A stretch of 32,303 bases of DNA, taken from positions 82,096,177 to 82,128,479 of the forward strand of contig NC_068986.1 in NCBI RefSeq assembly GCF_001194135.2. The letters are read 5' to 3'. The DNA comes from Octopus bimaculoides. Taxonomy: Eukaryota. Of the stretch, positions 1 through 11,471 are shown piece after piece (position 1 is the first letter of the stretch; the number at the start of each line of letters is the position of its first letter). The translations under genes were made by a program, and so were the position numbers. The notes under the pieces are model-generated. The model had not been told where the DNA came from. It worked only from the letters and a program-made list of their open reading frames with translations, and searched no databases.

Positions 1-195
1 ATTTATTGGGAATTTTCTGTATTATTTCGTATTTTTTGTAAATACCCCAAACGTTTTGCGATGTTTTTTTTTCATCGTTGTCCCCACTTTTGTTTTTTTT
101 TTCTGCTTTGTTTTTCGCCCCCCTCGAAAAGAAAAACTCTACATTTGTATTTTGTCCCCTCTGTGTTGAGCCCTGTGTGGCTAATAAAGAAACAT

Positions 196-322
196 ATCTA
201 TCTATCAGTCTGTCTGTCTGTCTTACTATCTGTCTTACTATCTGTCTGTCTGTCTTACTATCTGTCTGTCTGTCTTACTATCTGTCTGTCTGTCTTACTA
301 TCTGTCTATCTGTCTATCTATC
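196..322. repeat. Compound (TCTG)n/(TCTA)n repeat with a ~20-bp higher-order unit TGTCTGTCTGTCTTACTATC
   Basis: About five TTACTATC-containing units are visible in tandem. Confidence 0.9.
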
Positions 323-929
323 CATCGATGTGTGTGTGCATGCCTGCATACAAGTTTTATACACGCACATATAGAGACGTACGTATTATTACATACATAC
401 ATACATACATACATACACACACATATTAACAGTGACATATGCCTGTGTATATATGTTTATGTGTGTGAGTGTATATTTCTCAACGTATGCATATTTGTAA
501 AGAATAAATTATGCGTTCCCGTTAGAGATAATATGCACATTGCAGCCATTTTTAAATGACACTGACTCGGCTGTCATGTGATAGAAGAACTGCCAATGGA
601 AAGTTAACTTGCATGTCTTTATAGATTGCATGACCGTCGCCGCCACTACTATAATAACAACCGAATGAATCCTTTAAAATTCTGTAACAGCATCAACAGT
701 ATTAACAACATTGGCATCCAACGACATAGAGAAGACTACTATGAAGAGGGATGGATTGCTAGAAATAGTAGCAGAATCCCCTCCATCACACTCCACTATC
801 TTACAAAAGGGAAGGACAAATAGGAAATTATGTAATTATGTACGCCTCTAAATAGATGGGATGGTCAGTGCTGGAATGCTTTTGATCTTGGTCGTAGGTC
901 TGTTCAGTGAGGGTTGACGCGTAGCCGAA

Positions 930-2529
930 CCATAACAATAGCAACAACAACAATAGCAATACAGCCAAAGTAGCAACAGCAGTAATGATGTTATCAGCGA
1001 TAATAGCATACAACAACAACAACAACAACNNNNNNNNNNGCAGCAGCAGCAGCAGTAACGACGACGACGACGACAGTAGCAGCTGCAACACTAAAAGAAG
1101 CTATAATAGCACCAATAACAGCAAAACTGCATCAATTATTGCAGCTACGTCTGCATCAGCAACAGCAGCAGCAACAACGACAAGTAGATCGTTTATGCAA
1201 AATCAAACAATACAAAGAAAAAAAGATCTGCAACATATTAATGGTGCAGCAATGATAAGTAGTTTAGGAATAAGAACAAAACAAAACAAAACAAAACAAA
1301 AAATATTAGTAATAACAATAGGAACAACAACAACAACAACAACAATAACAATAATAATTAAATATTAGCAAAGAATAATAACAGATGCAACAAAAGCAAG
1401 TATCGTAGCAATAATAGAAATAACAATAATGGTAAGAACAACAACAGCAATGACAACAACAACAACAACGAAAACAACAACAACAACGAAAACAAGCAAC
1501 AACAAAGACAGCAACAGAAGCCTCGTCAGCAAGAAAACTACAAGAACATCAACAAGAAGAACATTAACATCTACAGCAATAATAACACCAGTGACAATGA
1601 TAATAACAAAAACAACAACAACAACAACAACAACGATAGCAACAGAAGCAAGACAAAAACAACAACATTATAAAAAGATGTAACGATATAAAATCTCATT
1701 GCAACAACAACAACAACAATAACAACAACAACAACAACAACAACAGCAATAACAACTTCGCAAATAGCAATATGAAATCCTACAGTATCAACAACAGCAA
1801 CAATAACAAAGACATTACATCAACAACAATACCAACAACAAAAACAAAAATTGGGCCGCTTTAATATTTCACTACCTCACTCACAAGGACCACTACGGCA
1901 ATTACCTCCACCACCACCACCACCACCACCATTACCACCCGATTCCCTAACTCTACCCGCCTCTCTCTATCTCTTGCTCCCACCCTTATTCTACCCGTAT
2001 ATACATTTGATTTTACCACACTTTATTGTCTTTGCAATAATCTCCTTTCAATGACATGCTGCATTATCTGACTGTCTGTCCGTCGTTCTGTCTGTCTGTC
2101 GCTCTGTCGTTCTGTCTGTCCGTCGTTCTGTATGTCCGTATATCTGCCTGTCTTTATAGCGTCGTCGTCGTCGTCATCATCGTTGTCGTTGTCGGCGGTG
2201 GCAGCGACTTCACTAACAAACGGCCAAGAGAACTCACTAAAAGGATTACACGTTAGAAATCTATTATAATGCTGCGGTAATGGAGAATGCATCAATATAA
2301 TAGAAAGCGGCGTTTGGACGTGGAGAGTTTCTCTGTAACAGTTGGACTATCAAAGGATTACTAATCAATATAATAGCGATTTTTGATGGCCGTCATTGCT
2401 GCACGGTTCAATGATCAAAAGATGCGCAATAGGCAGACTCACACTGCATCGATTAACGCAACATGTCTGTGTGTCGCACAAACGCTTTCCGTATTATCAA
2501 AGATGTCGACTATGAGAACGACAACCATC

Positions 2530-2566
<37 letters not shown>

Positions 2567-2610
2567 CGACCGTGAATTTAATGGTATTTTTCTTGTTGCT
2601 GCCGTTGTGG

Positions 2611-2645
<35 letters not shown>

Positions 2646-3235
2646 ATCGAATAAAACAGCAACAATAAAAATGTTGATTCTTGTTATTTCGTAACACCAC
2701 CACCACCATCACCACCACCAGCTCTATAACGCCCCCCCTCACCATGACCACCACAACCATCACCACCGCCACTGCCACCACCAACACTGCCACCACTAAC
2801 ACAATAGCAACAATAAGCAACCACTACTGCCACCACCGCCATTACCAACAATAAAAGTAATAGCGAAAACGAAAACATTACCACCACCACCACCACCACC
2901 ACCACCGTCGCCGCCGCCGCCTCCACCAAGAAGAATAACAGCAACAGCAATAACAATAAAAATAACAACAACAACAACAACAACAATAATAATAATAATA
3001 ATAATAATCATAATAATAATAAAAAAATAATAATAATTAAGATGATACTGATGATGATGATTTGTTTTTTGTTATGCCACAGAGGCAATGCATGAAGGGA
3101 ACATTGCAGGGACAGGTTGAAAAAATATTGGAGATAATAGTGAGGGTGGTGGAGGAAGGTAGTTTCGGTGGTGGTGATGGTGGTGTTGATGTTGATGGTG
3201 ATGGTAGTGATGGTGATGATGATGGTGTTGGGGAT
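930..3235. repeat. Mosaic of short-period simple repeats (CAA/CAG/AAC, CCA, CTGT, GTC, GAT, GTT, TAA, GGT)
   Basis: Directly visible runs, e.g. (GAT)n ~2528-2570, (GTT)n ~2600-2645, (CCA)n ~1905-1935 and 2690-2900, (TAA)n ~2985-3035. The overlapping poly-T/N/D/P/H/G ORFs are translations of these runs. Confidence 0.95.
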
Positions 3236-3379
3236 ATAAAGTATTTATAGGAATGAAAGATGAAGTGATGGCATACAGAATATGGAGTGTGTGTGATAGA
3301 GTCTCTAGAAAGAACTGGCAAGCCAAACACATCTAGGGTTATGGTAAGTGACCTCTTGGATTGTATGCTCGGATCTATA

Positions 3380-4526
3380 GACGCATACTGAATCAAGGCT
3401 TATTTGCTCGAGGCAAAATCGCCACTCAAATCTACTTTTCTACAAATTTAGTGGAGGTCAACATCTCCTTCTCCACCCAAACCTTCTTCTCTAAGTTAAA
3501 TTCTAAAAATTTGATGGGGATTCTGTGGAAGAAGACAGTACTTGCGATTTATTTGCGTCCACTCCACAAACTTTGGGGAAAAGGTCCTTTAAAGAAAGAT
3601 GAAAGCAAGTTTATCTCTGAGGTCAGCAATATCCTCAGTAGTACTCTTAAGCTAAGGAAATTAGGAAGTTTTCTACATTCTATGAGTCAAGAATCTTTTA
3701 GTACAGACTAAGCAGATGATTCTCATCGGTGATCAGCGTTCCCATGAGAACGACGTTGCTCTTACTCATCAATAGACCCCTGTAGAAAGTTGACGTGGAA
3801 GCCCCACCGATCGAATTTCCCGACGGATAAAGGGTTTTCCTGAACATATCAGGTACCAGGAGCCCAACTGGTCTTCGCTTGACTGAGGACGGTAGCTCCG
3901 TCAATGAACGATTTGACGGAAAATAGTGCCTGATAAAATATAATCACACTTTCTCACCATCCGGATATTTATGCAGATATGATGGACTCAGTGCATGTCG
4001 GCCCATCAATAAACACAGCCGAATACCGATCCCTCAACAGAGAGTTTGTTGGCAGCAGGTGATCCACTTGGCCAGTAGAACGCGTTCCTTCTACAAAATG
4101 CAAAAGAGCAAATGCCCCAATCTAGTTAACTGGAAATTAGAGTGAAGCCGAATGGTTAGGTGATAATACATGACAGAAGTGATGTACACATTCGTCACCA
4201 CTGCCCGACTTTTCAAAGGAAGCTTCCTCTCAGGTGCATTTGTATATGATATTCACAACTCTTCTTGTAATCTTGTCCCATTTCCTATACACTGGGTGGT
4301 CCAATTCAGTCGAGATCTTAGACGTCGTAGCAAGATCGTTGATTCAGCACTCCGTGATCCTGGGCAGCGACATGAATTTAACTTTCTGGCTGACGAGCAG
4401 CAAGCCCACCGATTTATTCAGGTTAATTTTAGCTCTTGTCGCCGTCTCGTAATCCTTTCGAATGGAGCCGACCGCCTCGACTACTATGGTATCCTTCACG
4501 GAGACGTCATCCGCATATTCCACCAT
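3380..4526 (-). mobile_element. Decayed L1/Tx1-like non-LTR retrotransposon, 3' part of ORF2 (RT C-terminus onward)
   Basis: Minus strand gives VEYADDVSV...DYETATRAKINLNKSVGL (YADD RT motif, then the GAKIN.EKS pattern). Across frameshifts and stops it continues ERKLPLKSRAVVTNVYITSVMYYHLT, STSTFYRGL and FNLEKKVWVEKEML, matching the post-RT layout of L1/Tx1-clade ORF2. Confidence 0.75.
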
Positions 4527-4539
4527 GTTCTTACTTTGT

Positions 4540-4990
4540 TCGAATATATTCTAAGCATTAGAAATGACTGCTATATGGAAATCGCTAGATTCTTGAACAT
4601 GACCAGGTCCTTTGTATTCAAGATTGGAAAAGAGCTGGAGACTTTCGGCATGGAAGTGTTATCTATGGTAAAGGAAATGCAGCATCTTCAGCAGTCAGAC
4701 ACCTTCAGGTCTATTGACTGCATCTAGCAGGTCTAGGACTTCATCAACGTCAACTCATGCTATTCCATAACGGCCATCACCAAGCAAATCAAGAAACTAG
4801 TCTACTATGCAGTATATGATACACAAGGATATCAGATACAAGTCCTATGTAGTAAGGAGAAGACAGTCTATATCTGGTAGACCCAAGAAACCCATGTGAT
4901 CGTGCGACTCTTACAGGGTGTGGACTGCTCTAATTTGGGCACCCTGGACAATTGTGCAGGTAGCGTCGTCTGTAATGGGTTAAATGGCAG
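4540..4990 (+). mobile_element. Decayed Tc1/mariner-superfamily (maT/DD37D-like) transposase remnant
   Basis: Plus strand gives EIARFLNMTRSFVFKIGKEL (helix-turn-helix-like), QQSDTFRS and IHKDIRYKSYVVRR (~4820-4860), typical of the N-terminus of invertebrate maT-like transposases. SNLGTLDNCAGSVV (~4931-4972) weakly resembles the C-terminal PDLNPLDY..WSVV motif. Confidence 0.65.
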
Positions 4991-5304
4991 CGTTTCAATC
5001 AAATATCTCCAACTTACTTGTAACGCAGCTGTACGTTTCCATGTCTATTTTTACTGTGACGCATGCGCAATATTTTTAGTGAGATATCAGTAGCCCTCAC
5101 ATACTTTTGAGGTTATTTTCTATGTAATAGATTTGAAACAGCTTCTTTATTCCTTATCTATGTATGTTAGGATTTTCTCAGAGAATAAAGCTATCACACC
5201 AACTCGAATATAAGGCTTACTCTGCTTTTGCCTTCATTGGACTATAAGTGTTGAGGCTATATGACTGTGGAAGTGAAAAAAGAGTTTATGTTAGTGTTAT
5301 AGTA

Positions 5305-5385
5305 GTTGTTTAGTTCCTGTCAAGCCTGATCAAGAAGATCTACGTTCAAATGTGTTCTAATAGTGACCATCCCATCTTTTTTCAC
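5305..5385 (+). mobile_element. Possible 3' fragment of a degenerate SINE
   Basis: GTTGTTTAG...CCTGATC...GTGACCATCCCATCTTTTTT resembles an octopus SINE 3' end as I recall it. No second copy in the window to confirm. Confidence 0.35.
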
Positions 5386-5603
5386 GTAGTGTACTCACGC
5401 AAATATTAACCTCTGCTTCATCTCGTTTTTAAGAAAGAAAGGTGTTCTTTGAACAATATCTGGCTACTATTTCTGACAGTATATGCAGCCGTTGAAAGAA
5501 CCCCACGTTTTTACGCCGGTGTTACTACCGACCCTTTTTCACTTCACATAGATTTCAATTTTCTTGATAGTTTTCTTAGTATTCAATTCGGTGTCTTTTC
5601 TGC

Positions 5604-5605
<2 letters not shown>

Positions 5606-5697
<92 letters not shown>
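5606..5697. repeat. (CA)46 microsatellite
   Basis: Uninterrupted CA run. Confidence 0.98.
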
Positions 5698-5699
<2 letters not shown>

Positions 5700-6146
5700 C
5701 ATACATACACAAACACTAATAATTGAATTTCTCAACAAGGTAGTCAACCAACAACACTGAAACTACTTTCATATAGTACTCCCACTTCTTCCACTGCACC
5801 TCCTAGCACAATTGTTGCGAGCATTGTTGACATCGATGTAAAACTGATTATAATTAAATGACAGCCATTTTTTTAATTGTTAATATATTATTGTCAACAA
5901 CATGCGCTTGGAGCCTTAGCAGTGGCCAACTGCAAAACATTACAATGGCGTGACATCTTGTGCCATTAATGATATCAAAGATTTCATCCGATTACGTAAA
6001 GCATTTTTCTTCTATTGAAACACACAAAACAGGCTTCTCTACTGCTTATTTGATACTACCTGTAGTCGATATATATCATGTATACTGAGAAAAGGCTACT
6101 CTGAAAACCATATACATACATACATACATACATACATACATACATA

Positions 6147-6222
6147 CAGGGGTTGGACAAAATAATAGAAACACCTTAAAATTTCAAACAAATTAATTTT
6201 AATATGGGGTAGGACCACCTGT
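6147..6222 (+). mobile_element. Solitary Tc1-type terminal inverted repeat
   Basis: TA|CAGGGGTTGGACAAAATAATAGAAACACC: a TA dinucleotide followed by a CAG-starting, Tc1-like terminus, directly after a (CATA)n tract. No matching opposite end in the sequenced bases. Confidence 0.55.
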
Positions 6223-6318
6223 AATCATTCCAGGAATATAGACTCAGACCTTAAGAGACATGTGATTTGCGGAAACGCGCGTAGCGATGCATTAACTTTT
6301 ATAAATTCCATCCAAGGG

Positions 6319-6321
6319 TTA

Positions 6322-6384
<63 letters not shown>
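6319..6384. repeat. (ATT)n microsatellite
   Basis: Direct observation. Confidence 0.95.
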
Positions 6385-6659
6385 TTATCCTACATTATAT
6401 CGGTATAGCTCGATGCAACCNNNNNNNNNNNNNNNNNNNNNNNNNNNNNNNNNNNNNNNNNNNNNNNNNNNNNNNNNNNNNNNNNNNNNNNNNNNNNNNN
6501 NNNNNNNNNNNNNNNNNNNNNNNNNNNNNNNNNNNNNNNNNNNNNNNNNNNNNNNNNNNNNNNNNNNNNNNNNNNNNNNNNNNNNNNNNNNNNNNNNNNN
6601 NNNNNNNNNNNNNNNNNNNNNNNNNNNNNNNNATATATATATATATATATATATATACA

Positions 6660-7494
6660 TAAGGGACACGCACCAATATTTGAATTTCTCCTTTTGCCAT
6701 CCCTCACACATCAAAAGGAACATCTCATACACTATGGTAAAACGGATCTGTACTATAGTGATTGACCCCAAAATATGTCAAATCCAACTCAACGAGCTCA
6801 AAGACTTCCTAACAAAGCAAAAATACTCATCACACAGCTAAGGACATCAAGGGAAAAAAATTAATGCACACACGATCCCATTTATTAATACGTACAATCC
6901 TGGGGTAGCCGACATCTTTCACACCATAAAAATCAAACCTACCTATAATTCTACAAAACCCCAAAAGGAAAAAAATCTGATTGATAAAAACCCCTTACGA
7001 AATAGTAGACGTCAACCAAAAAATCTAAAAAAAAGCACCTCACAAGAGCAAAATTCACATCAGAGAATGAATCAGAATTCCCCGCAAAAGAATGCAGAGG
7101 TAGCAGATGTGGAACATGCAACAACGCCAACTTTAAATACTTAGAAAGTGGTTCCCACATAAAATTCAAGAGCGGATTCTCGTTCAAAGTAAATGCAGAT
7201 ATGAACTGCAAGACACAGAATCTCATTTTTATATACTGCATTACTTGCCCTAACTGCAAGGAAAATTACATTGACAAAACAAACAATTCCCTCTGCTAAC
7301 GTGCAAGAATCCTCAAACAACACATCCGACAAGAGGAATTGCGCAAGATTCCACTGAGCAAGGATCTAGGAACATGCGGTGAAGGAAAGTTCAATATCTT
7401 ACTCTTTTACAAATGTTCAAGAGATGACCCAAAATTCCGAAAAGCAATGGAGCTACACTTCGTCAAAAAATTCTCTGCAAAATTAAGTGTTTGA
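6660..7494 (+). mobile_element. Penelope-like element remnant: RT C-terminal region, Cys-rich linker and GIY-YIG endonuclease (Neptune-like)
   Basis: DTHQYLNFSFCHPSHIKRNISYTMVKRI, then SRRQPKNL/HLTRAKF, then CRGSRCGTC. This is followed by MNCKTQNLIFIYCITCPNCKENYIDKT...*RARILKQHIRQ...IPLSKDL...ELHFVKKF* (stop 7492-7494, one internal TAA at 7297-7299). Confidence 0.85.
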
Positions 7495-8457
7495 AAAAGA
7501 AGCAAAGGAACTACATTTTTATTATTATTATCTTTCTAATAATAATGATGATGGATGAAGAGAAAACATTTATATTACACTATTGCTTTTGTTTCTGAAT
7601 GTGGGTCAAATGTTAATGACGTGATACTCATCTCTATAAATGATCATAACATTGGGACTTTGACAACTGTTGTTCTTATAGAACTTACATAAACCCGAGA
7701 AGGAATGCTAGAACCATTTTACCACTGGTTAAGAAAGATATCTAATGTAGCTACTTGGCAAAGTAATTTGTGAAAATGAGCTCTTTTGAATTATCTTATT
7801 TAAGCAAGCAAGAAAAATAAAAATAAATCCTATAAAAGGATAAAAGATACCCCAAAATATATATTTAAGCAGGCTCTGCTTTATTATAAGATTTATATCC
7901 TACAGAGTGGCTTCCAGCTAAATATACAATGTACATACAAAACTCAGTTTATGATGTTTGATTAAATGTACATGGAGAATTATTTTTTTTATATTCTGAC
8001 TTTGTTTTCCTAATTTATGAATAATGTACTAATATTTAATGTTTGCCCATGTAAAACATTGGAATTACACAGAATTGGCTATTCAAGTGTAATAGAATAT
8101 ACATTTTCATAGAACTTTGAACTTCGAACTCTTTTTTTTTTTATTTTTCAGTGAGGAAAGCACCTTCCCCACTTTTCCTATTTTTTCCTACAGCCCTTGT
8201 GAGAAAATGTGATTATTTACAAATATGTTGATATGTATACAATGGAAAAAGAAAAAGAATGAAAGGAGAACTGACCATATCAAATTGAAAAGAAACCTCT
8301 TTCTCTCTCTCTCCTCTCCTCTCTCTCTCTCTCTATCTATCTATCCTTTCCACTTCCTTTACTTGTTTCAGTCACTTGACTGCAGCCATGCTGGGACAAC
8401 CCTTTGAAGGGTTTAATGGAAGAAATTCCCTCCAGTACTTAAGTTTTTTTAAAGACT

Positions 8458-8747
8458 GGTACTTATTTTATCAATATCTTTTGCCGAACTGCTAGATAAC
8501 GGTGGCGTCAAGAAATTAACACCGGTCTCAAGTGATTAGAGGGTGACAAACACCCACCTACATACACACACACACAATATATATATATATATATGTGTGT
8601 GTGTGTACGACGGGGCTTCCACACGGCTTCCATCAAACAAATTCAATCACACGGCATAGGTTAACCCGGGGTTATAGAAGAAGACACTTACCCAAGGTGC
8701 CATGCATGAACCTAAATTACATGGTTGCAAAGTTTAACCACACAGCC
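8458..8747 (-). mobile_element. Degenerate tRNA-derived SINE (head, internal microsatellite, 3' body); same family as 30408-31265
   Basis: The reverse complement gives GGCTGTGTGG...GGCACCTTGGGTAAGTGTCTTCT..., then (TG/TA)n, then ...GTTCGGCAAAAGA...AATAAGTAC, collinear with the copy at 30408. Confidence 0.8.
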
Positions 8748-10039
8748 TCAATTATTAGTGCTGTGTCCATTTTATATAACTTCCCCCTCCAATTTCAACA
8801 TCAACCACTGAATTTCAAACGTCAATATTTACAAGATTAATCTTGTCCTAAACGATTCCTCTTCCTTACCTTAGAAAGACCTGGAAGTTCTGTGGACTGT
8901 TGTTCTTCCTTGAGACTAATTTTTAAGAGCAAGTGAATTCGTAGCTACAGTGGAAGACGTTGATGATGTATCACTGAGGATGTCAGAACGGGCATAATTG
9001 TTGTTAAGAAGAAACACTCTACCCACAAAACTAGACATATATATTGTAATGCATAATTGTCATAACTACGACTAATATATTATGATGTATTAACAACGAC
9101 TAATAGTTAATACTTCATAATAAATATTGACATCTAATACATCATATATTATGATGTATTAATTGTCAGTAAATCATACAAAGTTCAAATTCTAAATTCT
9201 TATGAGTTCCATAAAAATCTATGTTAACCGTCTCAGAATTCATTAATAATCTTAAAACCTTAAAGAGGCTGACCTACATAGAAGGAGTAAGATTTCGTTT
9301 CCCAGTAATGTCTTTAACTGTGGATGACCAGGCACTGGACATATTTAATAACAAAGAATACGAACACAACGTGTGGTTGACTGAACTAATTTCCTACTTT
9401 ACATTCTCGAGTTGAAATCTTACCATTCCGTAATGATTTAAATGTTAAGTTCAACTCCAGATTTCGGGTCTATTACCATCAGATACAGGTCGAGGTTCCA
9501 CGTTCAAAGTGACAGTTTAACTCCAGACTTCTCAATGATGTCTAGGTAAGATACTTGAAGTAGCCAACTCAAAATACTCATACAACGTAACTGATCCAGG
9601 TCTTTGTCTATACGGCAATGATAAAATTCGAACTAAACAAATAGAAGGTTTAAAATACTTCATGAATCACTGAACCGCTGCACTCCATACTAAGTCAGAC
9701 CTTAGATTAACAAATATCGAGCTTTCAACCGAATATCAGGTTCAAAGTTACATCCGAGCGTTGTCCTCAAACAAAGAAACAAAGAAAGAAACAAAATTTC
9801 AGTATGGTTTAAAGTTTTGCTAGACATCAGATTTTATTGAATTAGTTATAGAATACCTTCTATATGAGGATTAACTTTAGATATTAAAAGAAAAAAAAAA
9901 CTGAAATCTACAGCCCTGAATGGATTACGTAGAGCAGAATTATAACAGCATGTTAAGTAGAGCTAGAGAATCAGATAAACAGACACCAACAAACAACATC
10001 AACATACCTGCGTATGTATGTGAATTTATGTATTTTGTA

Positions 10040-10068
10040 TGTAATTTCACATATACACACATATATGC

Positions 10069-10106
<38 letters not shown>

Positions 10107-11384
10107 GCGTGCGTATGCGCGCGTGTGTGTGAGTGTGTATTATATACATATATGTATATATGCACGATTGTTTGTGTCTGTGCATATGTGTATGTATATT
10201 AAGATATGCACGTATCTACATATCTGAGTCTGTTTGTGTGTACGTATCTGAGTCTGATTTTCTTTTCTACTTTTTTTTTTTCATTAGTTGTTTCTTTGAT
10301 TCAAGATTATCTTAGAATTTTGATCTTTTCTTTAGACTTTCCTATCTGCAGAATTTCATTTGAATAAAAACGAAATATAGAGTCATATCTAAGTAAAAAT
10401 ACGACAAATACATTCTATAGAATTGCTTTCTCTGTAATCAGATTTTAGCTGGCTGCACAACCAAGTATAGTGAATACTGCAAGATATGTCGACATATTCT
10501 ACAATACTTCTGCAACACTTCCGTATAAAACATCAACGTTGTCTAGTAGGGCAATATTGCTTAATATACAGAACTTTCAAGCTAAAAAGTGAAGAATTGC
10601 CGTTTTTATTTGAAAATAAGAATCCAGATTTTATAAATGAAATGTTGGTGGCATATGTGCGTGTCTGTGTTTGTGTATATGTATATATATATATATNNNN
10701 NNNNNNNNNNNNNNNNNNNNNNNNNNNNNNNNNNNNNNNNNNNNNNNNNNNNNNNNNNNNNNNNNNNNNNNNNNNNNNNNNNNNNNNNNNNNNNNNNNNN
10801 NNNNNNNNNNNNNNNNNNNNNNNNNNNNNNNNNNNNNNNNNNNNNNNNNNNNNNNNNNNNNNNNNNNNNNNNNNNNNNNNNNNNNNNNNNNNNNNNNNNN
10901 NNNNNNNNNNNNNNNNNNNNNNNNNNNNNNNNNNNNNNNNNNNNNNNNNNNNNNNNNNNNNNNNNNNNNNNNNNNNNNNNNNNNNNNNNNNNNNNNNNNN
11001 NNNNNNNNNNNNNNNNNNNNNNNNNNNNNNNNNNNNNNNNNNNNNNNNNNNNNNNNNNNNNNNNNNNNNNNNNNNNNNNNNNNNNNNNNNNNNNNNNNNN
11101 NNNNNNNNNNNNNNNNNNNNNNNNNNNNNNNNNNNNNNNNNNNNNNNNNNNNNNNNNNNNNNNNNNNNNNNNNNNNNNNNNNNNNNNNNNNNNNNNNNNN
11201 NNNNNNNNNNNNNNNNNNNNNNNNNNNNNNNNNNNNNNNNNNNNNNNNNNNNNNNNNNNNNNNNNNNNNNNNNNNNNNNNNNNNNNNNNNNNNNNNNNNN
11301 NNNNNNNNNNNNNNNNNNNNNNNNNNNNNNNNNNNNNNNNNNNNNNNNNNNNNNNNNNNNNNNNNNNNNNNNNNNNNNNNNNNN

Positions 11385-11471
<87 letters not shown>

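Noticed and set aside
61-3396. Many 60-130 aa ORFs rich in poly-T, -D, -V, -L, -P, -H or -G
   Set aside because: They are translations of trinucleotide repeats, which lack stops in several frames on both strands. No domain or splice support.
4170-4727. 185-aa plus-strand ORF, the longest in the track without Ns
   Set aside because: Chimera of the antisense of a LINE RT region and the start of a decayed transposase.
9483-9546. Plus-strand exon candidate ending AG|GTAAGA
   Set aside because: Weak acceptor, no recognisable peptide, and no other plus-strand exon support.
10420-10500. SCSIHY resembling an opsin/GPCR extracellular-loop motif
   Set aside because: One short motif with no flanking transmembrane pattern in the right places.
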